The notes beneath the pieces are model-generated. The model was not told where the DNA came from. It made no database searches and saw only the letters and a program-made list of their open reading frames with translations. Shown here in pieces: positions 12,062 through 25,112 of a stretch of DNA of 64,000 nucleotides. The translations under genes and the position numbers were made by a program. The stretch comes from Lama glama (lineage: Eukaryota): the NCBI GenBank assembly GCA_028534125.1, contig JAPYYK010000144.1, positions 496,001 to 560,000 on the forward strand, written 5' to 3'. The first letter of the stretch is position 1. Each line of letters starts with the position of its first letter.

Positions 12062-12639
12062 TTGATGAATGTATTGCAGGCAACAAATAAATCATAGCTA
12101 TAATTCAACCTTTACAGTGAGGGCTGAAAAAAGACAATCTTTCAGAGCTCAGCTAGAATGCAGATTACAGAGAAAAGAAATGAAAATGGAAGGGGAAAGA
12201 AAATGGCAGGGAATACTGCCAAATGGTATTCAGATCTATCTGTGTTAGCAAAAACAAACTAGAAAAAAGATCTTCACAAGCCAGCCAAACTTCATGGCTT
12301 GACTGTAGTAATGAGACTTTCAAAAGCAAGCAGTGTTCCAGCCCTACCCTTTCCACTGCTGCCCTCCACAAAAAAGCATAAAGGAAAAAAAGAGAAAGGA
12401 CATCTCTTCAACAATTGCTTAACTAAAAAAACCAGGCTGACAGAGGAGCCTAAAGAAGATGATCACTGTAGTCATGACTAGGATGGGAAAGGCAAATTAA
12501 GCTCAGAGACCCTAAACAGAAATTTAAAGGAAGTTGATGCTGAAAGGAGGAATGGAGCAGAATTCCTGAAGGTGGATTCAGGAACATAAAAGTCCTAAGA
12601 ATATTTCCCCCAGTACCATGTGTCCGTTACTGGTAGAGA

Positions 12640-12800
12640 GCCATTCAACAATTCTCTTTCAAGTTCCTGCCACGTGCCAGGCACTGTTCCTGGCACTAGG
12701 AAAACATGGCGAACAAGGTGAAGTCCCTGCCTTCATGAAGGTTATATTCTAGTAGGAAGAGACAGGTAATGAACAATGAAAGAGATTATAAGCAGTGGTA
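12640..12800 (-). mobile_element. L2 3' end
   Basis: cattcaacaa...tgccaggcactgttcctggcactagg...gtccctgccttcatgaaggttatattctagtagg. Confidence 0.8.
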
Positions 12801-13914
12801 ATTTTGAAAAATTAAGCAGATGAGCACTAGGGGGGAGGGGTTGGAAATTAAAAATCCCCTGAGCAGGGAGACACTCACTAATAAGGTGACGTGCGACACA
12901 TGATAAGTATGGGGATGGGAGTCCAAGAAACGAAGGAAGACTTGAGGAGCCTAGCTTCTTCTGGTGACTCCCAGTTCAAACAGGGACAAAGGACAAGATG
13001 AGATGTGATCCAATGATTTCAAGGCAGTATGATAGTGGCACCAAGGCTGTGACTGTGAGGAGGGAAGGAGGATGGGTGGAAGCAGAGTGATCCAGCCAGC
13101 CACACACAGAGCCCAAGAGCTCCCTCTTGACTCTGACTTACTCTTATAAGGAACTCGAGCTGAATGACCTACTGAAAGCCAATAATGAACTGAAAGAAGA
13201 AATATGTTCTTGGTTCCTGACTCTTGCTTGAGTCATGAGAAACGATGAGGAACGCTGTAATTAAAGGCATCAGCACAGGTGAGAGACTGAGTCCTAAGGG
13301 AGATGACCAAGGAGACAGATCTGGGCTTTCGGAGACATAATAATGCTGATGGGGTCTTGAGCATGGGGTGAGAAGGCCTGGTATGCTGTGTCCTGGCATA
13401 GCTCTGTGGTGATTTAACAATACAGAATGGCCCAGAAGCGAGCTGCTCCTGGTAAGGCAAAAGACAAGATGCTGAGTAAATCCACAAGTATTTCACCCTC
13501 AGGTCCATTTCTGAGAGAAATCTGTGTTGAAAATCTTGGATGTGTGTCGTTTAGCATGGAATGAGTTGGGCCCACCTACCAACAAAGGTTCAATTCAGCA
13601 ACTTTCCTATGCTACCAAATGGGCTCAAGACATACACGCTACATGCATTTTTCATGAATGCAGATGGATTTCTAGCTAAAATAATAGCAAACAATTGCAC
13701 AGTGCTTATGTTGTATAAGACACTTTCCAAAGTACTTTATAGGTATTGATTCATTGGGGTTTTTTTTCATTTATACATTCAGGAGAAGATTAGGACCTGC
13801 AGATTTGAATTTGAACTAGCAACAGAGAATCACATAATCTTTAGTTTCTATTCCCTAGGAATAATAAAAGCATTGTCAATAGGAAATAAATTACAAAACA
13901 AAACAAAAACATAT

Positions 13915-14570
13915 AGGCTACTATATACCTATTAGAATGGCCAAAATCCGTAACAGCGACATCAAATCCTGGCAAGGATGTGGAGTAATAAGAACTCTCC
14001 TTCATTGTTGGTGAGAATGTAAACAGGACAGCCACTTTGGAAGACAGTCTGGCAGTTCCTTATAAAACTAAACAGACTCTTACCATATGATTCAATAATC
14101 ACACTCCTTGGTATTCATCACAAAGAGCTGAAAACTTATGTCCACACAAAACCTGCACAAGATGTTTATAGCAGCTTCAATCACATTGCCCAAACTTGGA
14201 ATCCATCAAGACGTAGATGAATAGATAAATAAACTTTGGGACATCCAGACAATGGAATATTATTCAGCGCTAAAAAGGAATGAACTATGAAGCCAAGAAA
14301 AAACATGGAGGTACCGTAAATGCATGTCACTAAGTGAAAGAAGCCCATCTGAAAAGGCTACATCCTGTATGATTCCAACTCTATGACATTGGGTGGTGAT
14401 GATATATCGATGTAGGTTTATCAATGATAACAAATGTACAACTCTGGTGAGGATCCTGATAATGAGGGAGGCTATGCATGGGGGTGGTATATGGGAGATC
14501 TCTGTATTTTCCCCTCAATTATGCTATGAACCTAAAAATGCTCTAAAAAAACAAAGTCTTAATACAAAAT
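13915..14570 (+). mobile_element. L1MC1/2-like 3' end with internal UTR deletion near 14390
   Basis: acctattagaatggccaaaatcc...gaaaaggctacatcctgtatgattccaactctatgacatt...gaacctaaaaatgctctaaaaaa. Confidence 0.9.
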
Positions 14571-16644
14571 ATTTTTTTAAATGTAGGAGAAAGTAATAGT
14601 TTTGTACCATAATCCTCTCCCTTATTTTTGGACAACAGAACTTTGACCCTTCATTGAGCATTTATTTGGTGTAAACAAGCTCTTCTATGAAGGGCTGAGT
14701 TTGATGTTCTTTTGAAATAAAAGTGTTAAAGAAAAAGAAAAGGAATCGATTGCTAAGGGCTTGAAATGTGGCCATCTGAAATGAAGCCTGCCCATAAAAT
14801 CAGATTCCAGGGATTAACCAGTTCCTGACTGACTAAGAAAGGGATGCTATGAACACAGTCACAGGCAGGAAGTCTGGCTTCTGCCATATGCCTGGGATAG
14901 CACCAGGTTATATGTTCATATCGACTTCCTGCCTAACAGTCCATCCCTTTCTGCTTCTCTGTATTTAACCCTGTAAAATAATTTCATGAGTCACGAGGGC
15001 CCAGACAAGGAACCAGGGAAGTAGAGACAGGGTATTAGTTATTGACGGAGCAAGTACCAGAAGTCAGAACACGAAATGGACCAGAAGCCACAAGGCAAGC
15101 CAGCGAAGAAGAGGCCACAGTTATCCAAGATCACGGCAAGTAAGGATTCCAAAGCTAGGTCAGTCAGCCAGAAGCAGGAGGACATAAACAGGCCTGGTAT
15201 ATGGGGCAAGCACTACTCTAAGGTGAACAAGCCTAGTGAGTGGAGAAAAGAGAGGAGCAGTGTAAAGCTCAGGAGGCCAGATGCAAGCTCTGGAGAAGTG
15301 AGACCAGAGTTTCCTCCAATGAGAGGCTTCGGCCTGCTTCATGGGGAGGCTGAGCCTTTCCCTAGTGTGGGCAAATCTGACGCCCCCAGCTGAAGTTACC
15401 TGGGAAGATCTCTCTGGAGGAAGGAATGCGGAGCGGGGAGAAGTAGAGAGAAAGCCATGCTGTGAGCTGCCTAATATGGACTGTGCTTTGGCCTCTAGAT
15501 AACTTACCTTCCAAAACCAGAGTTTTCTATTTTGGGACAGCGTACTCTATATATTTGGGAATGGAAAAAAGATTGACCTAAATAGCTGATGTTGTAAGGA
15601 TAGTGCTCAATAGAATTTTTTTTAAGCTAGCCTTCCTTTGACTAATGGCCAAAAGTATAGTTCTTAAGGTCAAATAAGTATACTAAGAAATCTGTAACAG
15701 ATGAAAAGGATTAGGTAAAATAAATCTCCCTTTCCCAAAAGATTTTCTGGAGAAACACATTTGCAGGTTTGCATTAGTCATTATTTTGCAAAAAAGATGG
15801 CAGAGGATAGTGGTATAAAATCAATCTGCTCTGCACTTAATGCACTCTGGTCTGCGTAATGCACCACAATACATATACTAACCACACTGAGCGTCTCCTC
15901 CAACTCAACCACACTTAACAACAGGAACATTAGACAGCCCACAGACCCCGGCGATTACCCTTCCATTTCCTGTGACTTAACGCATTCGGTGAGCACTTTT
16001 CCCTTTTCTCTCGTGAGGTCTTGGCCTCACCCTCAACTTTCTTCTACTGACTTCTTCAATCACAAGTTCCCAAGAAGGGGTATAACTTTCCAACACCTCA
16101 CACTTCAGTCTAACAAAACTCAGCTCTCTTCTCTAGGTAAAACAGTCAACAGTACTCCTTCTTTGTTTATCCTTCTAAACTACTGCAAGAGAAACTGAAA
16201 AAAACCAAAAAAACAAAAAACGACGAGCATCAGCAAAGCGGTTATTTTTCTTGTGTGAAAGTCCCAAAGCGTATGGTGGCTCTGTGACGCCACTGGGGAA
16301 TCCATGCTGCACGTCTTTTTCCGCAGACCCAGCGTAGCACGTGGCTTTCACTTAATGCTTGTTGCCTTTTGGTTGCAAAGCGGTTGCTTCTCTTCCAATA
16401 TTGTAACTGTGCCCTAAACAGGAAAAGAGGGAGTATGACAAGCAAAAGCCACCCAAGTCAGCTGTGTTGGTTACCATTTTAAAGAACATCCTTGAAGCCT
16501 TATCATATAACTTACCTACAACTTAATCATCCATTCACATGACCAGCTATAAATGCATAGCAGTCTAAGAAATGCATATTTTAGATGGGAAAATTTCTAC
16601 CCCAAACAGAATACAGTTATTTTAGATAGAATAAAAGGGCAATA

Positions 16645-17828
16645 ATACAAGCAACAGAAGCAAAGAACCAACACGTGGGACTACATCAAACTCAAAAGCT
16701 GCTGCACAGCAAGAGAAGCAATCAACAAATTGAAAAGACAACCTACAGAATGGGAGAAAGTATGTGTAAAGTATACNNNNNNNNNNNNNNNNNNNNNNNN
16801 NNNNNNNNNNNNNNNNNNNNNNNNNNNNNNNNNNNNNNNNNNNNNNNNNNNNNNNNNNNNNNNNNNNNNNNNNNNNNNNNNNNNNNNNNNNNNNNNNNNN
16901 NNNNNNNNNNNNNNNNNNNNNNNNNNNNCATGACTAATCATCAGCGAAATACAAATCAAAAGCACAGTAAGATATTACCTCATAACTNNNNNNNNNNNNN
17001 NNNNNNNNNNNNNNNNNNNNNNNNNNNNNNNNNNNNNNNNNNNNNNNNNNNNNNNNNNNNNNNNNNNNNNNNNNNNNNNNNNNNNNNNNNNNNNNNNNNN
17101 NNNNNNNNNNNNNNNNNNNNNNNNNNNNNNNNNNNNNNNNNNNNNNNNNNNNNNNNNNNNNNNNNNNTGCGTATATATCCAGAGGAAACAAAAATAGGAT
17201 ANNNNNNNNNNNNNNNNNNNNNNNNNNNNNNNNNNNNNNNNNNNNNNNNNNNNNNNNNNNNNNNNNNNNNNNNNNNNNNNNNNNNNNNNNNNNNNNNNNN
17301 NNNNNNNNNNNNNNNNNNNNNNNNNNNNNNNNNNNNNNNNNNNGAAAGAAGGAAATCTGGCCATTTGCAACAACATGGATGGACCTTGAGGGCATCATGC
17401 TAAGTGAGATAAGTTAGACAGACAAAGACAAATACTGTATATTCGCCCTTATATGTGGAATCTAAAAAAGCTGAACTCACAGAAACAGAGACTAGAATGG
17501 TGGTTACCAGGGCCTGAGGAGTGGAGGAACTGGGTAGATGTTGGCTAAAGAGCACAAACTTGCAATTAGCAGACGAGGAAGTTCTGGGGATCTGACATAC
17601 AGTGTGCTGGTGATAGACAACAATACGGTACTATATATTTCAAAGTTGCTATGAGACAAGATCCTAAATATTTTCACCAAAAAAGAAGTGATAATTATGT
17701 GACATGATGGAAATGTTACCTAAGGCTATGGTGGTAACCACATTGCACAATAGAAGTGTATCCAATCAACATACTGTCTACTTTAAACTTATCCAATGTT
17801 CTTTGTCAGTTATATCTCAATTTTAAAA
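16645..17828 (+). mobile_element. L1MA9-like 3' portion interrupted by three assembly gaps
   Basis: gggactacatcaaactcaaaagc...aagacaacctacagaatgggagaaa; 3' UTR gctgaactcacagaaacagagactagaatggtggttaccaggg...ttatatctcaat. Confidence 0.9.
16777..17343. other. Assembly gaps (N runs 16777-16928, 16988-17167, 17202-17343)
   Basis: Runs of n in the sequence. Confidence 0.99.
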
Positions 17829-19534
17829 AGGGGAGGGTAAAAAATATCAGCCATCTGATGAGAGACGAAAGAAATAATTACAAAAATACACAAGACAAGC
17901 TTTGATAAATGGTAAAATGAAAAAGGTCAGGTTGGTAACAAGCACATATGATGAGGCAGTGTGACCTAGTGCGGGGAACATGAGATGATCCTGAAAAACC
18001 TATTAAGTGAAACCTGAGAAATAAATAGGAATTAAGTAGATGAGGGGGCGCTGTGTTCTCTCCTCGCTACCTTCAAACCAGAGTCAAAATGGGAAACTAA
18101 AGCTTTTAAAGTTTACTATGAAATGAAGTATAACATGGATGGGGAGGGAACGTATTTTTTGAATTTCTGAACTTGGAGATGACACTCTTTCCAAAGCTAG
18201 TCTACATAAAGATCAATCCCTTTGTCTGACCTCACTTCTGGAATGAAAAATAGAAGCCAAGATTTTTTTCTTCGTTTTTCAAAATCCAGCATAGTGCTGC
18301 CAGTTACAGAAATGCAGCAAAGAAAACTCACCCATTCTTGGTCTTCCTTATACATCTTGGGATCCAACCACAGAGCCCTGATTAAGCTAACTTATTGGTC
18401 CTTTACCATCTAAAGTGTGATTTTACATTGTTAACTATTGGGAAATCGAGGGAGATTTGCAATTTCATCACAACTGCCCCTTCACATCCTTTATCCCACT
18501 TCCCTGTCACAGCCTGCAGTACTTGCACGGTTATTGCTTCCACGGAAGCTTACACTCAATAAAATCACAGAGCACTTGATGTTGTATATTTTCAGCAGCG
18601 ATTCTAGCACAGCTCTCTCTCTAGAATTCCTTAAACATGCATACACCCCCACATCCACACCACACACGCACACAATCAAGTGTGCATATATTTCCGGGTT
18701 TTTGTGTCCATAGACTTTTAAAATTACGTTCTTTTCTCTTCAGAGTACTGAAAACTCTGATGGAAGACTACTATCTTTTGCTTTCTTTCTTACTTTCCAC
18801 AATATTTGGCTTACTTCTCTGCAAAATAGGCACCAAGCAGACAGGGATGTCTATATCCTATCACGCAACTCAGACCCAGTCAAACATTTGCGTTTACGGA
18901 CGTGAGCTTCCAGACTCACAAAAACAACTGGAATGCAGCATTCAGAATAACTTGTAAACAACTATTAAGTTGGGTAGCACCCACTTGGCACTGTCAAATC
19001 TAAATGGTAATAAAAACAGGTCATTTAATATTCATAGAACAGAATGAAGAATTTCACTAGTTAAAGGGACGGCAGTGTGGTCCCTCCTGGACAGCAGCTG
19101 TCCTCTCTCTTGTTTAAGCAGAGAGAACAAAAGACCTTAAGAAGCTCCTGCCACCCCACCCACTCCGTTTCCTGTCACTGCTTCCTATCTGCATTGCTGC
19201 ACTGCTGATGGCCAGGACTTGCACTGCCAAATCTCAGCCTTGGCATCCTCTGGATGAAGGTGTGGGGGAAACATGGGCAGACACCTTTCCATGCTTGGCT
19301 TGGGGAACATGCAGGAGAAAAATGAGACCTGGGTCTAGTAAGACTTTTGATAAGCACATTTCATGCTTCTCAAAAAAAAAACTGGGAAATATAGTTTAAA
19401 TATCTGATTTGAGAATCATTTTCAAAGAAGTACTAATACGCGATCTGTATTAAGTCGGTTCCAAAAGGATTAGCTCTCAGTGCACCGTGCTGCTTTCTTT
19501 GTGATTTAGGGAATGGGGCTGAAGAGCATACTCA

Positions 19535-19800
19535 CACTACATTTTCCTAATAATGCCAAGTTGGGGGATGTTGCTGATACTCAAGAGAAGCAGATGAAAT
19601 AATTCTGACAAGTTGGGAAAATGCAGGAGGACAAAGTTGGTGCAGTTCTATGCCAACATACCTGGGTCAAATTATAAAGGAAAGAATAACTAATAACCTC
19701 AGAAACTGGCCTACCTCAGGTTCACATACTAATGGTAATTGTAATTGAGCAAAGCAAGTCCTAAGGAGTTGATTATTATGGATTGTAAGGTCTTTAGCTG
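19535..19800 (+). mobile_element. CR1/L3 LINE RT fragment
   Basis: tttcctaataatgccaagttgggggatgttgctgatactcaagag translates FPNNAKLGDVADTQE, matching CR1 FADDTKLGGVANTLE. Confidence 0.65.
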
Positions 19801-20899
19801 CTACCAGTAGAGATGACCTTATGTTTAAGAAGAGTAGGCAGCAGTCTCCACGGGGCAAAGCCAGAGACAAGCCTTTCCTCCGAAATAGTGCCTTTCCTGC
19901 TTCTGGATATCTGGATGTTCACCATTTGGAATTCATTACTTTGGAGCAGGTATTGTCCATTTGTATTAATTATCTATTCCTACATAACCCTTACTCTGCT
20001 GCAAACACCTGCTGTCAGAGTTCGGCTTTCTGTGCCACAGGCACACTAGCCCTTGTGCCCCAGACCCAAGGGGAGGGAATCACACAAGTGAGTGAAGACC
20101 AGGAGACGGAGTTCACTGGGGACCAGGTCAGAAGCTGCCTACCACAGCACTTCTTGCTGTCCTGTTTTAACACGTCTGCCCTCTGGGGAGAGAGAACACA
20201 TGAAGCTCCTTGTACCTTAGCGTAAGTATATTTGTCAGGTTCCTTAGGAATCAAGAGGAAGCTAGGTGAAGGCAGATACCCAGGAGGTAGAGGGAGCTGT
20301 AAAAATGGTAAACGTCTCAGAAAGGAGAGACGGGCAATGAAGAAGCTGATTCCAGTCTTCCACTGATACAGGAGTTAAGAGAATAGGACTGACATCACCA
20401 GAGCTTGAGAAAATAGCCTGGTCAAGTAAATTAAATATCAGTCAGCAAATTGGCACTGCAACTAAAACAAAGAAACCTTGACACTGAGTCGGATAAAGGA
20501 ATATAATACATAAAGGCCCTGGAGATGATGCTGGCCATGTACCCTGCAATGGTGAGATATCTGGGAAACTATAAAGTCTCTCCTGGACCACGGATGTAAA
20601 GGACTTGATGGCTCTTCAGACTCATATGCAGAAAATGAGGGAAGGTTGGGGATAAAATGGGAGAAGGCCACAATAAAACCTGTCTACCTTTCCTGAAGAA
20701 AAAGGCATTGAAACACTGAAATACACTGCTAAATTTGTGATGATAAAGAACTAATAAGTTTTTTTTTGTTCTATTAAGAGATAATTTCCTCAGACTCCAT
20801 GAGAATGTTTAATGACTCTCTCTCAACCAGGAAACCATCATAAACAATGAGGTTCCAGATCCAGAATTAGATCTGTCCACAAATTGACGTTTTATGGTT

Positions 20900-21095
20900 G
20901 GACCTCTAGGACTCACATGCTACCTACTTGAGCTGCAAAAACACCTGCATCAGCTCAGTCTCATCACTCACTTGTTCTTGAACATTCCTTGATCATTTCC
21001 ACTTCCACATCTTGGCTCATGCAGTTTCCCCAACTTAGAGTTACTTCCTTTCCCATGCTGCATCTTATTTTCATTCTTTTATCTCCCTCTTCTCC
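20900..21095 (+). mobile_element. L2 fragment
   Basis: ttcttgaacattcc...cttggctcatgcagtttccccaacttag. Confidence 0.55.
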
Positions 21096-21449
21096 CCTAT
21101 AGCAGACTACCATATCGATAAATAAACTCCATTGTTTTCCATGTCAAAAAATCAATTGTAAACATTAATGGTATACAGTTCTGCTGAGACATAATGTTTC
21201 CCACTGTGGTAGAACATGAATTCTGCATTGGCTCTTCAGCAGTAGCCTTAACATAGGTGCCATGGATTTGTCTAATGCATCCATATACTCTTGTCTGGCC
21301 TTCCTGGAAAGGAAATTCTTTAGGGGATGTTAGGTACAACTGGTCACATGGCTAGTTTCCATTCTTATAAGGAGGTAAGACAGAAAAAAATAGTAAAGGA
21401 GCTAAGAAAAGGTGATAGACAAATTGAATGAGCAGAAGGGAGCAAGGAC

Positions 21450-21752
21450 CAACACATCTTCATGATAGAAAAACAAAACAAACTCAAGAGACTTAGAAAA
21501 GAAGGGAACTTCCTCAACCTGAGAAAGGACATCTACGGATAATCTACAGATAACATCATACTTAATGGTGGAAGACTGAAAACTTGCCACTTAAGATCAT
21601 AAATGTCTGCTCTAACCATTTCTATTCAGTGCTGTACTGGAGATTCTAGTCAGAGGAATTAGGCAAGAAAATGAAATAAAAGGCATCGGAAATGGAAAGA
21701 AAAAAGCAAAACTATCTCTATTTGCAAATGACATGATTTTGTACATGGAAGC
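21450..21752 (+). mobile_element. Isolated L1 ORF2 reverse-transcriptase core fragment
   Basis: Degenerate [35 protein letters not shown] (FADD motif region). Confidence 0.9.
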
Positions 21753-21804
21753 AAACAAGGAAAATAATGGAAATTGCCTGAAGGCACAGAGATAGTACCA
21801 CTGA

Positions 21805-22020
21805 AATAACAGCCATGCTATAGATTTATGTAGTGTTTTACAGCTTCCAAAGAGCTATGCATTGTTTTATCTTCATAACTACTTGTAAGATAAGTACTAT
21901 TATTGCCCCATATCACAAGTGACAAAACCAATACTTAGAAAGCGATGTATTTGTTAATGGAACCAGTTACTAAATGTCAAAACTGTCACCCATATCTCCA
22001 GCTCCAGGACTCTAAATCAA
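21805..22020 (-). mobile_element. MIR
   Basis: atttatgtagtgttttacagcttccaaagag...gtaagataagtactattattgcccca. Confidence 0.65.
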
Positions 22021-22057
22021 TGCATAATTGTTGCTTGGTTTCTCATCTCTTAAGAGG

Positions 22058-22251
22058 AACATTGGTCCAACAGAACTTTCTGTGATGGTGAAAATATTCC
22101 ACATCTGCACTGTTCAGTATAGTGGCCACTAGACACAAGTGGGTACTGGACACTTGAAATGTGGCTAGTATAACTGCATGACTTAATTTTTAATTTTATT
22201 TAAATTTAAATAACTACATGAGGCTAGTGGCCACGATGTTGGACAGTGTAG
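22058..22251 (+). mobile_element. MER3 (hAT-Charlie)
   Basis: gtccaacagaactttctgtgatggtgaaaatattcc...cacttgaaatgtggctagt...gctagtggccacgatgttggacagtgtag. Confidence 0.9.
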
Positions 22252-22599
22252 CTCTAGAGAGTTAGTCTCTGCTCTGAATCAGATACTCCTCCTCATGGTT
22301 CTAACCTCATAGTGGCCAACCTATGTGTAATTCTTCACTGATTGATGAGGAATGTATATAGAAGCATGAAGATAGACAAACCACCCTTGGGAATAATTAC
22401 AAGTTGCAGTACATCCTTAGAAATACCTACAATGATTCTGCAACATAGAAACATTTAAGAGTGTTCTAACCAACCAAAAATAGAAGAAATGCTTTCCTAA
22501 CAACTATAGCTTAGTATTCATTAAGGGGTGTCGGGTAAGGTCAGAAAAAATATACCTATGTTTAAGTCATTATATGTTTTTCCTCTCTCACACGCACCC

Positions 22600-23240
22600 C
22601 AGTGAATTCTTGCTTCTAAGTCCACCGACACAGATTTGCCAAACAAATTGCTTGTTCTTCTTTAAATACCTCCTTCATGCTTCCACTTTATACCTTTTCT
22701 TAGGCTACCTTTTCTGCTGGGAATGTCTTCCTCTATCTTACAAATCCAAACATAACCACATCTTTAAAAGCTGAATTCAAATCTATAATCTCCTGGAAGA
22801 CTTTCTTGTCTCAGCTAGATGATGTCCTTCACTCTTCATCTATTTCGTTTGTAACACTTAGTACTCTGACCACATATTATAGTTTTATGTGCGTATCTTC
22901 TGATTAGACCCAGTGTCAGTAAACCACAGCTTGTGGACTAAATCTAGTCCATTGCATGCTTTTGTAAATAAAATTTTACTGGAGCAGAGTCATGACCGCT
23001 ATTTTACATATTGTCCATGGCTGCTTTTGCCCTGTAATGGTACAACTGAGTAGGTGCAACAGAGACAATCTGGCCCTCAAACTCTTATATATTTCCTACT
23101 TGGCTCCTCACAGAAAGTTTGCTGATCCTGTTTTACTATAAGCTTTTGGAATGAACTTTAGAAACCATATCTGATTTTTTTTTAATCTTCACAAGACCTA
23201 GAGTATTGTCCTACATATAGTGGTAACATCAAAAATACTT
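22600..23240 (+). mobile_element. L2 3' region interrupted by MER58A
   Basis: tttctgctgggaatgtcttcctc...ctcctggaagactttc...tgattagac, resuming actataagctttt after the MER58A. Confidence 0.65.
22911..23130 (+). mobile_element. MER58A (hAT-Charlie)
   Basis: cagtgtcagtaaaccacagc...tttgtaaataaaattttactgga...acagaaagtttgctgatcctg. Confidence 0.9.
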
Positions 23241-23369
23241 TAAAAAGAATTTTTTGTTTATAAGGAATTAACAGTAGTGTCTGCTTATGTATATCAATTT
23301 TCTATTTGCAAACATTATCCCACTCAATTTCTCATTTACTCATCAAGATAAATTGATGACACAGAGAAA

Positions 23370-23510
23370 GGAGGTCTCTTTATCTACATTTTACACCATG
23401 AGAAATTAAGGCACAAAGAGACTTTTGCCTATGGTCACAGCTAGTAAAGAGAGTTGCAAAACTGGGTCATAAACCCAGATTTTCTGATTCCTGGCTCTGA
23501 GCTACTTCAT
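23370..23510 (-). mobile_element. MIR
   Basis: cattttacaccatgagaaattaaggcacaaagag...ggtcacagctagtaaa...aacccagattttctgattcc. Confidence 0.75.
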
Positions 23511-23661
23511 TCTGTCTCTCTGTGCTTACCTGCTTTCCCCTGAATTGAACCAAGATGCTGATGGGACCCAAAATAAAAACATATATATATATCTGCTTAG
23601 CAAATTAATAATCATGGTCCAGGTAAGCCATGTTTATTTTTAATAGAATTGCAACTGTTTT

Positions 23662-23759
23662 TAAATTGAAGTACAGTTGATTTGCAATGTTGTGTTAGTT
23701 TCTGGTGTACATCATATTAATAAAGAATATGAAAAAGAATATATATATACATATATGTA
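23662..23759 (-). mobile_element. Tiny 5'-inverted (twin-primed) L1 3'-end insertion with ~21-bp TSD
   Basis: Flanks taatagaattgcaactgtttt (23641-23661) and taacagaattgcaactatttt (23760-23780); antisense L1 terminus followed by a sense upstream UTR piece. Confidence 0.75.
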
Positions 23760-24974
23760 TAACAGAATTGCAACTATTTTTTTGTGAATCATTTAAAGAT
23801 ATAAAAAAATGTTCATTTCCCACGCTGCTCACACTTCTTCTTCCTGCTGTTTGTCCTCCTTACAAAGGCAGTGGCTTTTTTCATTCAACATCTCAAAGCT
23901 ATTGACTTCAGATTAGTAGCAATCAGATTAAACCATAAGTAAGACTCATATGCCCCACCAGTATGTTCAGTCTGCCCATGCCAAGTTGATCTAATTCAAG
24001 TCCATTATCTGCTCAGCAACACCTCCTGCCTATTCAGTATTGATTGTTTACACAGCTGATGTGAAACACTGGGAAAAAGCAGAGTGGTGAGAATACAGGA
24101 CATTTGTTTTATGTATTCCTATAAAAACCCTCTGACTTTATTCTGCATATATTAAACACTACACTCATGAATTTTTTAACAGTATTTGTAATGTCTTTGC
24201 ACTTAGATAACCACATTGTTTCTGATACACAAATAGGATTCTTTAAAGAAATACCCCTTTCTTTGAAATGGGTCATATTCTTTACAGTTATAGAGAGCCT
24301 ACTTATTTCTGCCCAGTGAGAAAAAATGGATTCCTTTTTGAGCCTCTTTGAGGTGTTACAGTCAGCTTAAATTATGCATGCAATTTAATGCAAATGAAAG
24401 GTTTCAATACAAGCAGGTGGTTCTCAGCTGAAGGCTATCTAACTGGCAAAATATATATCATGAAGTATGTATTCAACTCTCTGTGGGCAACCAATGAATT
24501 TAGACTAAAAATAAATCTATATCTACTTTTTTTAAAAAAAGCAAAACTAATATGTTTTTAAAGCCACTGTAATAAGGGTTACTAGAATGTCTGTAAACTC
24601 AGGAAAACATGCCGAATGCATATGTGACCTAGTTTCCTGGGTACATCATGGCCCACTGGGCTAGATGGGTGATGGGCTGGACCCCAAAATCTTAATTCTT
24701 CTCACATGGAGCTACTCTATTGTTTTTTACATCTGCCTTTGTAACCAATCTTTGCGTATTTGTTTATTTTTACTCTGCCTTCTGAGAATGACTTCAAGCA
24801 GCCTACAAAGGCACATATGATATATCTGAGATGAAAATATGTTTAAAATAAGAAAGATAAAGCATCTCTTAGCCTGTGTGACATGGTACATGACATGAGG
24901 CAAAGACTAAAAGTGTATTGTGAACTCAAACTGGGCTCACCAAAGCCTCTATGCCTAGAGTTCTGATGTCAGCC

Positions 24975-25112
24975 CTGACAGATAATGGAGCCAGACCCCC
25001 TGCGATTGAACCCTGGTTCTGAATTTGGTCATGTACTGCCATGTCAGTGTCCTCTCCTCTCGATGCCTCAGTTTCCTCAGGCATAAGCCAAGGATACTAA
25101 TAACACCCATCT
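24975..25112 (+). mobile_element. MIR
   Basis: tggagccagacc...gaaccctggttctg...tgcctcagtttcctcaggcataa. Confidence 0.75.

Noticed and set aside
16675-17403. 242-aa and neighbouring long ORFs
   Set aside because: They run through N gaps inside a decayed L1; artefacts. The same applies to the ORFs at 59537-59862.
18036-18053. CTCF-like AGGGGGCGCT
   Set aside because: Only the 3' half of the motif matches; the 5' CCAC/CCAG core is absent.
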